This document shows, piece after piece, positions 53,269 to 64,000 of a stretch of 64,000 bases of DNA (position 1 is its first letter; the number at the start of each line of letters is the position of its first letter). The notes under the pieces are model-generated. The model did not search any database and was not told the origin of the DNA. It saw nothing but the letters and a program-made list of their open reading frames with translations. The stretch is from Octopus sinensis (Eukaryota). Location of the stretch: the NCBI RefSeq assembly GCF_006345805.1, contig NC_043005.1, positions 93,496,001 to 93,560,000 on the forward strand, written 5' to 3'. Position numbers and translations under genes: made by a program.

Positions 53269-54364
53269 CCTCCCTTTCTCTCTCTCTCGCTCCCTCTCTC
53301 TCTTTCTTTCTCTTCCTCTTTAAACAATTCTTTTTCCTGATTGATAACGAGGCAAGCAGCGGATGTTGGCTGCTCTATCCTATTCATATACATTTGGCTA
53401 ACCCCAACTGGCTCCATGTTACACTGCTCCCTGCCGCTGTATATATTATCTCGCTTTCCAGAATGTTTACCGGGGTCGGATATGGGATGTTTTTTCCCAG
53501 TATGTTTCTTGAATTTTTCCTATATTAATTTTTGTACTTTTAATGTTTTTTAGAAAACTTTTCTTTTCCTCTTTTATGTTTCTCCGCGCGCGCGCACACA
53601 CACATTTGGGTGAATATATAAACTCTGATAAACAATTCTTAAACAATATGGCTGCGTTCAACCTTAAGAAAATTACCTATTTCTAAACCCAGTTTGAGTT
53701 AACATGCAAGAAGTGAGAAGGCACGATTGTCACCACTTCCTGTTTCTTCTCCATTTAAACTTTGGACTTTCCTATTTCCAACAAACTTAATGATCACCAC
53801 CCTCACGATTCCACTGTTCCTGATGACGACGAAGACGACGACGATAATGATGAGGAGGAGGGGGTGGGGAGGGAGGAGATGAAAGGAGGGGGATGGGGGG
53901 AGGGGGGAGATGAAAGGAGGGGGAGGGGTGGCGGAGGAGGACGACGACGACGATCATATTGGTGGTGATAATGGTGGTGCTGGTGATGGTAGTTACGGCG
54001 GCGGCGGTTATGAGGGCCATCGTCGTCGTCGTCATCATCATCATCGGCGCCTCAGAATATCTACGTTAAAAACTTTTTGAGTCCGATGTATTTTATGCTG
54101 CACTGATTGAGTCATAAGTACGGAAACCTCTTGGTTGATGTCATTTGCAGCTGAGAAATAAACTAATTATTATAAACCATTTTATTAGCAGCCAATGAAC
54201 AAAAGCAAAGAGAGTTGAGTCTCTTGCCTAAAGACATAACTAATGCTACCTCAGTTTACAAGGCCGCTACATGGCAACTGTATGGAGTCACAAAGCAGAT
54301 TTTTGAGTCAGGAATCATGAAGTGGGAGTTTGGCATCTATTCAGAAACCCTACAATTAAAAGAA

Positions 54365-57300
54365 CGGGCCGTCGGCGACTAAACCGGCAACCCCACCAAT
54401 CTTGCTTGGTGAGGAGGGTGTTTATTGGACACCCTGCCGGATGAAAAACAAAACCCGTCAAAGGGTGGAGAAACTCTTGAGAGTCAACGGCTATCTAATA
54501 AATGTGTAACTATATATCACCTCATCGTGGTAAGGGGGTGAAACGGGAGTGTCAGAGCTATACCGTCGGGGACTTCGGTTTCTGGTAGGGCCACCCAAGG
54601 CGGATTGTTCTGACACCCAGCAGTATCAGGGCCGCACCCGATCCGGCAACCGGCGGCTTCAACCCGTCCTGTCCCTGCATCTGTAGAAAATCTACGGCAA
54701 ACAAGACGTTCTCCCAACAGGGATATACTTGCGGCTGGGGACCGCTAGCGAACTTCCTATTCCCAAGATCCTTCAAATATTCCTCATGTATATCGCACCT
54801 TCTTCAATGACAAACCCTACTACGGCGTCCGCGGGAGCCGACGCGCTCGCTGCTCCAGTGAGACGAGTGTTAAATCAGAAAACTGGGATGCTAATGCGAC
54901 ACGGAAGAACGCATTTCTTTGGCTTTTGGAACGTCAGATCCCTGATGCATGAAGAAACACAGGCACTAACGATGCACACTCTCTCCAAATATAACATCGA
55001 TATTGCATGCCTCTCTGAAGCTAGACTTCCTGATTCTGGTTATCGCAGAATCAAAGTACCCCAACATGATGCATCATACCATCTCTACCACAGTGGACCA
55101 ACTGATAACTCTGGCCTTCATGGAGTTGCCTTCGCTCTCAACGATCGCGCCAATGCGTCATTCCTAGCCTGGGAACCTATCTCCCCTCGTCTAGCCCATA
55201 TCCGTCTCAGAGGTTCAGCTATCACCATCAGTGTCATTGTTGTCTACGCTCCCATTCTCAGCGCTTCTGATGAAGATAAGGACTTCTATGATGCTTTACA
55301 GGCAGTTGTTGATCGCATACCCGCAAGCGACATCCTAATCGTTGCAGGCGATTGGAATGCCCGCACAGGACCAAGTAACACCACTAACGACCACATACTA
55401 GGACGGTTTGCGATTGGCAACCAATGCGCCAATGGCGAAAGACTTGTCAATTTCGCTGCTGCAAATCATCTTACTGTTTCCACGGCGTCATCTTCTTACA
55501 TGGTACTCCAATGACGGTGTCACAGCAAACCAGATTGACGATTTTCTCGTTAGAAGCCGCTGGTCGTTCAGAGGTGCAGAAACTGGCAGCGAACATGGTT
55601 CTGATCATATATTAGGATGGGCAAAACTACGTCTTCATCTTAAGGCCGTCAAGTTTCGCTTTAAGCCTTTAAGATACGATATCTCGAAGCTAAAAAGTAA
55701 CCAGACCGAACATTTATTCCGTATTGAATTAACAAATCGGTCTAACGGGCTCGAAGCCCCTCAATCTGCTTCCTCAGAGGAAGTCTGGAAACGGTCAAAC
55801 ACAATCTTCAACCCGTGATGTCCACAACACTCGGCACTACTAAGCGAAAAGACAAAGATTGGATCTCGGGCCGAACAATCGAAATTGCTGAAAAAGCGAA
55901 ACAAGCTCGATGCAACCAATCCGATACCTTCAGACAACTGCGCCGTGAAGCTGCCCATTCTGCCCGCGCTGATCGAAATAAATTCTGGAGGACGGTAGCT
56001 GAAGACATGGAATGCGCCGCATCTGCTGGGGACTCCCGTAAACTCTACAGCCTCCTTCGATCGAGCACAAAGACAGGCTGGAGTAGTAACGAAACCATTT
56101 TGGACCAGAATGGCAATCTCATCACCAATCTCACTGAGCGCATCATCCGCTGGAGAGACCATTTCGCCAATCTGCTGAACCATGACCACCAGCCCCCCTT
56201 ATCTGCTCCTGCGATCGACGCGACCCCAACCTTGTATGACTGCCAAACAGCTCCCCCTACGCTTGAAGAGGTCCTTGCTGTTATCAGAAATCTCAACAAT
56301 AACAAAGCTGCCGGCGAAGATAACATTCCTGCTGAGATCCTCAAGCATAGTGCAAATATACTGGGGCCCGCGATTCACCAAGTTATCACCCGGGTTTGGG
56401 ATACGGAAACCCTTCCCCAAGACTGGAGCGTTCAACACTGGTACCTTTCTTTAAGAAAGGCGATAAACGTTGCTGCAACAACTACCGTGGCATCAGTCTG
56501 ATTGACGTTTCTGCCAAAATATTTGCATCTATTCTTCTGAGACGATTCCAGTCAGAACGTGACTCTAGAACAAGACCAAATCAGTGTAGTTTCCGTCCAA
56601 ATCGAGGCTGCACCGATCAAATCTTCACCCTAAGACGAATCCTCGAACACCGTTGGTGCTTTCGGCAAAAAACAGTCATCTGCTTTGTTGATTTTGCTGC
56701 TGCATTCGACTCCATCAATCGTGACACCCTCTGGAAGGTCACGCAGACAGATGGTATCCCACCTAAACTTCTCAATCTTATCAAAGCTTATTACCGCTCA
56801 ACAAGATCCCGCGTACGCGTGTATGGTGAAGTGTCGGAACCCTTCGAAATACGGTCTGGCGTTAGGCAAGGATGTGTTATTTCGCCAACTCTTTTCAATT
56901 ACGCCATCGACTGGATCACCACAGATGCATTAAGGTATCACTGTTGGTCACAACTTTTCCGTCAAGGATCTAGACTACGCAGATGACATTGCGATACTTG
57001 GCGAAACATTTGCTGACGTCCAGTTTGCTATCAATGAGCTCCAGCGTGTTGCATCGCAGATTGGTATGAAAGTCAATGCCTCGAAGACCAAAATCCTCAC
57101 AGCCGGCTTCGCCCCACCAGACAAAACACCCATTGTCCTCAATGGTGATATTCTTGAAATGGTTGAGAGTTTCAAATACCTTGGCGCCATCATTACAGCT
57201 ACAGGTCAAGGTGAGGCTGACATTAAACCACGAATCGACCTCGCTCGCCAAGCCTTCAACCGACTCAGTGCACAACTCTGGTCAAGATCCGACGCACCAC

Positions 57301-57932
57301 CAAAGTACGGATCTACCAAGCACTAGTGCGAACGATTCTCCTTTACGGCAGCGAGTCATGGCCAATGAGGGTGGAAGATATTAAGCGACTAGAATCCTTC
57401 GATCACCTCTGTCTACGCCGCATCCTTCGTGTTCGATGGCATCACTTTGTCTCCAATAATTCGGTGCGACACCAGTGCAGAATCACCTCCCTCCGACAAG
57501 TCATCCTAACGAGACGTCTGCGTTGGCTGGGTCATGCCCTCCGTCGTCAACCAGGAGAATTCATCTACGAAGCAATTGGCCCAGCTCCCCTCAGGGTTGG
57601 CGAAAGCGTCGTGGTGGACAACGAAAAACCTGGCTGATGACGGTCAAGGCTGATCTGGAACCGAACCTAGGCCCCCATATCTACGGCGTTCGCCGCTGGA
57701 ATAAGGAGTGGTTGGGGATCACGCGATCGTTAGCCTCAAATCGCCAGGCCTGGTCGGCGTTTGTGAGAGATGCAGCATTGAGGATATATGAAGCCAGCTC
57801 AACCCACCGCGGGTGAATGCTTGAAGAAGAAGAAGAAGAAGAAGAAGAAGAAGAAGAAGAAGAAGAAGAAGAAGAAGAAGAAGAAGAAGAAGAAGAAGAA
57901 GAAGGAGGAGGAGGAGGAGGAGGAGGAGGAGG
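54365..57932 (+). mobile_element. Near full-length RTE-clade LINE (APE + RT, frameshifted) with (GAA)n(GGA)n tail
   Basis: FWNVRSL..DIACLSEAR, AGDWNAR, KAAGEDNI, RGISL, FVDFAAAFDS, GVRQGCVISP, DYADD, RRLRWLGHALR. The ORF is broken into at least 6 frames. Simple-repeat tail at 57822-57932. Confidence 0.95.
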
Positions 57933-58544
57933 AAGTTGTTTGTCTCCAAGGAAACTCAAACCGACCGGTCCTCTGGTGAAAAACCTTCCATCATGAACAC
58001 CCTATCTGGTTGTACATCCTGGATAACATTCTCTAATGTTATTTCGGTTCTATTTCTCGCAAGTCAACCAACCGTATACACTCCCATGCTGTTTCAGGTT
58101 AATGTAAGTTGTTGTTTAACCACAGATAAGCCTCAGACCGTAACCACCACGACCACCCCTATTTTATCTGTTGTATATTTTAGACTACATAGTCCAGTGC
58201 ATCCTAACATTTTCAAGAGTCATTTCAGGGATATTTGGCTAGCATTTCTAACAAATCGAACGACCACATAGAAGCTCCCGCGTTGGCTAGAGTAACCTCT
58301 GTTAGCAGGACATTTGCACGATAATTGACCTCTCGACCATAAGGTGATGGATTCGATTCTTGGATCGGGCAGTATGCTGTATTCTTAAGCAGGGTACTTA
58401 ACTTCACATTGCTCCTACGCGCTTAAAATAAGTAGCAGCCGAATTCTGGTTGCAGATCTCTGAGGTTCCTCCACAGGATGTTAAACAGTTGTGGTCCCCT
58501 GAAACTCAAGCTGTTGCAATATTGGTCCTTATCCAGGATGAAGA

Positions 58545-58883
58545 AGACGGTGTCAGCATGGAGTTCTTCTGCTGCACGTCAACGCCCGCCGCCCTCATAT
58601 CGCCAATATGACCAAGGAAGCCATTCAAACGCATGGCTGTGAAGTGCTGCCACACCCACTGCACTCTCCTGATTTGGCACCAACAGATGTACACCTCTTT
58701 CGATCTCTTTCAAATTCTATGCGCGGGGTTTCGTTCAATACTGATGCAGAAAATCTTCTTGAACGTTGGGAAGAAGTTGTAAACAAAAAGGGTGAATATA
58801 TTATTGATTAATTAGTTATTTTTTATTAAACCTTTTAAAAATTTTAAATAAAAAAAACGATAGGGACTTAGTTGCCAACCTAA
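58545..58883 (+). pseudogene. Mariner 3' remnant with right TIR
   Basis: VLPHPLHSPDLAPTDVHLFRSL..ERWEEVVNKKGEYIID*; ends acttagttgccaacctaa|ta. Confidence 0.9.
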
Positions 58884-59181
58884 TATATAAACATATATAT
58901 ATATATGTGTGTGAAAGTTTTAAAGAATTATACTCGTAAGGGCGGGGTGCCAGCAACCCTAGAGCCTGCTCTACGCGTGTGTGACTATGTATGTATGTAT
59001 GTATGTATGTATGCATGTATGTATGTATGTATGTATGTATGTATGTGTGTGTGTGTGTGTGTATCTGTGAATTCGTCTGTATTTGTACGTACATACGATG
59101 TTTGTTGATGAGCGCATGTTTTTATGTAAATCATCTGATACTGTGCTATCGAGGTATTTAGAGTATATGCATATATATATA

Positions 59182-59216
<35 letters not shown>

Positions 59217-59236
59217 GATATATATATATATATATT

Positions 59237-59571
59237 ATATTGAGGGTACTACTATTCGTAGATATCAACACGCTAAGAGGGACCAATGCGGTCAAAACTA
59301 CTAAAAATAGACAAAATTTTACCGAATGCAAAACTTCAAAACACATCATTTAAAAAAAAAAGAATTCAGTTACATATCACATGTGATTTCGCATTTAATG
59401 CAGAATATGCATTTCATGTTCGTCAGTGCAAGAAACTCAAAAAATATAAGAGAAAACATAACATTACAAACTCGATAGCCAACCGTAGAATTCTACGGTT
59501 GGCTATCGAGCTTGTAATGTTATGTTTTCTCTTAGCGTGTTGGTATCTACGAATAGTAGTACCCTCAATAT
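59237..59571. repeat. Fold-back (88-bp loopless palindrome) with an asymmetric hammerhead-containing insert
   Basis: Palindrome 59447-59534 centred on GAATTC (1 mismatch). Outer arms 59237-59279 / 59529-59571. Segment 59280-59446 is present only in the left arm. Confidence 0.9.
59370..59431 (-). ncRNA. Minimal hammerhead ribozyme
   Basis: Minus strand UUGCA CUGACGA a-CAU..AAUGCA-uauuc-UGCAUU..AUG-c GAAA UCACAUGUGA UA UGUAA. 12-nt palindrome AUCACAUGUGAU, AUA triplet. Confidence 0.8.
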
Positions 59572-59684
59572 AATATAAATGAATATTTTCAAAGAGGAAG
59601 AATTTACGGATTTTTTCTCTTACGAGGTTTTTCACGCTGACTACTGATAATTTCTTTTAAAGATTTTATCCTCAATTGTTAATT

Positions 59685-59784
<100 letters not shown>

Positions 59785-59795
59785 ATATATATATC

Positions 59796-59831
<36 letters not shown>

Positions 59832-59857
59832 TGTATGTATGTATGTACGTATGTATG

Positions 59858-59917
<60 letters not shown>

Positions 59918-59931
59918 ATATATATAATATA

Positions 59932-59991
<60 letters not shown>

Positions 59992-60015
59992 GTATTATGT
60001 ATGTACGTATGTATG

Positions 60016-60059
<44 letters not shown>

Positions 60060-60338
60060 ATTATATATATATATACATTTTCATTTATATAAACATACTT
60101 GATTTGCATTTCAGTAATGTTGTGTGCACATGTCGTCGGCAGTATGGCGTGTGGGCGAAGGGAAAGATATGTGTAACTGCGTATGTGTTTACGCCGATAT
60201 AAAAGAAAAGACAAACATTCATGATATTATAGAAGAATAGGAGCAACGCTGACCTGTGGATAGATAACGTTCACCCACGTCTGGATGACTCATTTCAATA
60301 GCAATTGTAATGCTGTCTTAAAACAGAGTATAGATAGT

Positions 60339-60458
<120 letters not shown>

Positions 60459-60498
60459 TAGATACATACATACATACATACATACATACATACATACA

Positions 60499-60527
<29 letters not shown>

Positions 60528-60529
<2 letters not shown>

Positions 60530-62293
60530 GTTTCTTTATTAGCCATGCAGGGCTGCACACAGACGGGACACATTACAAGGTAGAGCTTTTCTTTTGGGGG
60601 ATAAAAAAAGGGGTTTTGGTTTTCGATCAAAAGGGATCGTAAAAGGAAAGAAAAAGGGGGAAAAAAGAAAAAAGGAGGGGATAAAAAGAAAAGGAAAAAG
60701 AAAAAATCGATCAATAGGGATCGTTATCACAGAAATGTCAATATAAAGTGTAAAGGGGAGGACAGGTGAGATTTATCCGTGGAAAGAAAAGCCTACGGAA
60801 AAGACCACGGTAACCTCGGTCAATGAAGTCACATGTTATATTTTTTTTTTTTATATTTTACAAATAAGTAACTCTCTGTATTAAATTTTTATGGTTCATA
60901 GGATCATGATCAAGGTGGCTTCGTCATTCATACGTGCCATCCTTGCTACATTCACCCATCTTTTTTTAAAACATTCGCTAGACAAAACTTGCCTCTCTAC
61001 TCTCACTTTCCTTTTCAAGTGATACCTGAAGAAGTTGATGACAGATTGACCAGAGAGGAAAGTGTTTGTCTCCAATCCTTTCAGACGCGTCCACCAGATA
61101 CATTCTTTCGCCATAGCCACAAGTATGATAAAAATAGCTCTTCCTTCCCGTTTGAAGGAGGCGTGACGATATTAAAGATAGACTCGGCTGATAAACCGAT
61201 TCGTCCCACACGTGACAGCAGTCGTTCGACATAAGCCCACAGGTCGGAGTTGTTGGACACTGCACGATTGCGTGCAGAACGGTTTCGTCGCTCTGACCGC
61301 ATCTCGGGCAGGTCGGCCTCGTGTTTCTCTGGAAGTTGTCCATACGTCCCGGCCCGAAAGTCGTCTCAAACAGGCGGGTCAGGTATTCCTCGTCGATGCC
61401 CAGGTTCGCCCAAGATCGTCGTCGTACCTCCCCTCCACTAATTCCCTATAGAATGCTTTGGTTGTGTTGAAGTCACTCAAGGTCGACCCTGGACGGCATA
61501 GTTGCTTGAGAGCAACACGACACTCGCGGTGCCATTCGCCTAGCCTCGGCCTCTTTTTGATCTACGACTGCAGTTCGGTCATGGAGACGAGTTGCGGGAA
61601 GGCGTGCCTCACAAACGGCGACCACATCTGTTCACCGTCGTCTAAATAGAGCTGGAGATATCGCAGTCTCAGTGCGTCTGCGCATCATTAACCATGGCAT
61701 CTCCAGCCCTCCTTTTAACGGGTGTTGACAGCAAATGGATCGCCTGACCATCGGGACACATCCTTTCCACAAGAAGCGGAAGACAATGCGTTCTAGTTTG
61801 GTGATGGTAGGGTCGGGACAAGGTACGACGGTCAGGCGGTAGTAGATGATGGACGCGATGTACGTGTTCTCCACCTCCGCCCGACCTTTTAGGGACAGTT
61901 TCCTCCCGGCCCATTACCGGGCGAGAGTGACCACCCTACTCATTATCTCGTTCCAGTTCTTCTCCAATTGGAGATACGGACCAAACCAGACCCCGAGCAA
62001 CTCCGTCCAGCGTCCCAAGACGGAGGCGCTGCTGGACGGCATGGGCTTGCTTCTCCAGGTGCCGAGCTCCAAGTCCACTGACTTTTCCCGGTTGATTTTC
62101 GCTCCTGTCACCGCTTCGTAGTCTTTCAGGGTCTCGCCGACCAGCTCGAAGTGTTCGTGGCTTGACACTATGTCGGTGACGTCGTCCGCGTATGCAGACA
62201 CGCTCGTCCCGCATCCCAGTTCTCGCGCGATGCCCCTCAGAGTCTCCAGCTTCCTCAGTAGTGGCTCGAGAGTCAATATGTATAGAAGCGACG
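60528..62293 (-). mobile_element. 5'-truncated Tx1 (L1-clade) retrotransposon, copy 1
   Basis: SSLLYILTLEPL, SAYADDV, KINREKS, CCQHPLKGGL, CPRCGQSDETVLHAIVQC. AATAAA near the 3' end, then (ATGT)(GTCT)(ATCT)n. The 5' junction lies in (ATCT)n. Confidence 0.92.
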
Positions 62294-62390
<97 letters not shown>

Positions 62391-62391
<1 letters not shown>

Positions 62392-64000
62392 GTTTTTATT
62401 GTGGCCACACAGGGCTAAACACAGAAAAAATGGACGAAATACAATGTAGAGTTTTTCTTTTCGAGGTGGGATGGGTGGGACACACAAAGAAAAAACGTTC
62501 GATCAATAGGGATCTGTGGGTTATGTGGTGTATAAAAAGCAATATATATAAAGTTCACAGTTTAGGTGTAGCCTTGGAAAGAAAAACCTACAAAAAGCCC
62601 AAGGTCACCTCAGACAGTTCGAAATGTACACAAGAGTAAGTCACCTTACCTCTCGTTGTCTCTTTTGATTACAGATTTAAGCTTAAAATGGTGTCGTCTT
62701 TCATACTGACCATTTTTTCCACTTTTACCCACTTTTTATTGAAACATTCGTTCGACAAAGCCTTCCTCTCTATTCTCGTCCTCCTTTTCAAGTGGTACTT
62801 GAAAAGGTTGACGAGAGACTGACCAGAGAGGAAGGTGTTTGTTTGTAGCCCTTTCAAACGCGTCCACCACACATTCTTTCGCCATAGCCATCAGCGTAAC
62901 GAAACCCGTTTTCCCTTCCCGTTGAAAGGAAGGTGGTGGAACAATATTCACGATAGACTCGGCCGATAAGCGGGCCCGTCCTACACGCGACAACAGCTGT
63001 ATGACGAAGGTCCACAGCTCTGAAATATCTGGACACTGCACGAGTGCGTGCAGAACGGTGTGGTCGTTCTGACCGCATCTCGGGCAGGTCGGTCCGGTGA
63101 TGGTTTTCGAACCGTGCCTGTAGTTCTTCTCTCGAACAGGGAGTGCGTCTCGATAGCATTGCTAAGCCAGGGATCTCTGGAAGTTATCCATAGGCCCCGG
63201 CCCGAACGTCGTCCTGAAAAGGCGGGTTAGGAGTTTCTCGTCGACGCCCAGGTTTGCCCCGAGTGTGTCGTCGGACCTCCCCTACACTAGTCCTCTATAG
63301 AACGCTTTAGTCGTTTGTAAGTTGCACAAGTTTGATCCCTGACGTCAGAGCTGCTTTAGAGTTTGGCGACACTCTCGGTGCCAATCGCCCAGTTTCGGTC
63401 TCTTCTTGATCCACGTTTGCAGTTCGGTCAGTGAGACGAGCTGCGGGAAGGCGCGCCTCACAAACGGCGCCCACACCTGTTCACCGTCATCGATGAAGCT
63501 CCAGAGATGTCGCAGTCTCAGCGCATGCCTGCGCATCATCAACCACGACATGCCCAGTCCTCCATTTAACGGATGTTGATAGCAAATGGACTGCCTCACC
63601 ATCGGAACGCCACCCTTCCACAGAAAGCGGAAGACTATGCGTTCCAGTTTGGCGATGGTAGCGTCGGGACAAGGCACGACGGTCAGGCGGTAATCGATGA
63701 CGGATGCGATGTACGCGTTCGCCACCTCCGCCCGACCTTTTAGAGACAGCTTTCTCTCGGCCCATGTTTGGCTGAGAGTGACCACTCTACTCGTGATCTC
63801 GTCCCACTTCTTATCCATTTGGAGGTCCGGACTGAACCAGGCCCCGAGCAATTTAACCGGTCCGTCCAGCGTCCCACTACTGAGCCGCAGTCGGACGGCA
63901 TGGACTTGCTTCTCCAGGTGCCGAGTAGCAAACCCACTGACTTTTCCGGGTTAATTTTCGCTCCCGTCACCGTTTCGTATTTTTTTAGTGTCTCGCCTAT
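62391..64000 (-). mobile_element. Tx1 retrotransposon, copy 2 (related subfamily; continues beyond the window)
   Basis: TGAKINPEKS, KLSLKGRAEVAN, CYQHPLNGGLG, zinc knuckle, stop at 62669. The 3' end abuts (ATCT)n at 62294-62390. Confidence 0.92.

Noticed and set aside
60515-60545. GAAACAUAUGUA on the minus strand resembling a hammerhead 3' half
   Set aside because: Formed by the Tx1 3' end joining (ATGT)n; no CUGANGA upstream, and the 34142 copy reads differently.

Overview
Eukaryotic, AT-rich, microsatellite-saturated DNA, almost entirely repeat-derived. The tRNA-headed SINE families and the repeat style suggest an octopod cephalopod (inferred from recalled repeat families; no search was run). 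There is a 100-N scaffold gap at 37133-37232. I found no intact, recognisable host protein-coding gene. The only candidate is a weak two-exon, minus-strand 5' end of a secreted-protein gene (25413 donor, 23796-23652 signal-peptide exon). Identifiable mobile elements: tandem non-autonomous Helitron modules; a decayed hAT transposase interrupted by a full-length mariner and an 8-bp-TSD MITE; other mariner derivatives; R4/Dong-type, Tx1, RTE and CR1 LINE copies; and many SINEs. The most striking hidden signal, invisible in the ORF track, is a dense set of minimal type-I hammerhead ribozyme motifs: 12 intact or near-intact motifs from about 10 distinct sequence contexts, plus decayed ones. Most have a palindromic stem III as in Penelope-like elements and retrozymes, and most lie next to microsatellites, chiefly (TA)n/(CA)n. 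They include a G3-C8 core-swapped variant family, a 546-bp tandem plus inverted HHR unit, and a 167-bp HHR cassette bounded by a 6-bp direct repeat. Second, each retroelement class sits in its own microsatellite type, including an apparently (GATA)n-targeting Tx1 family. All RNA structures were folded by eye and none has been tested.
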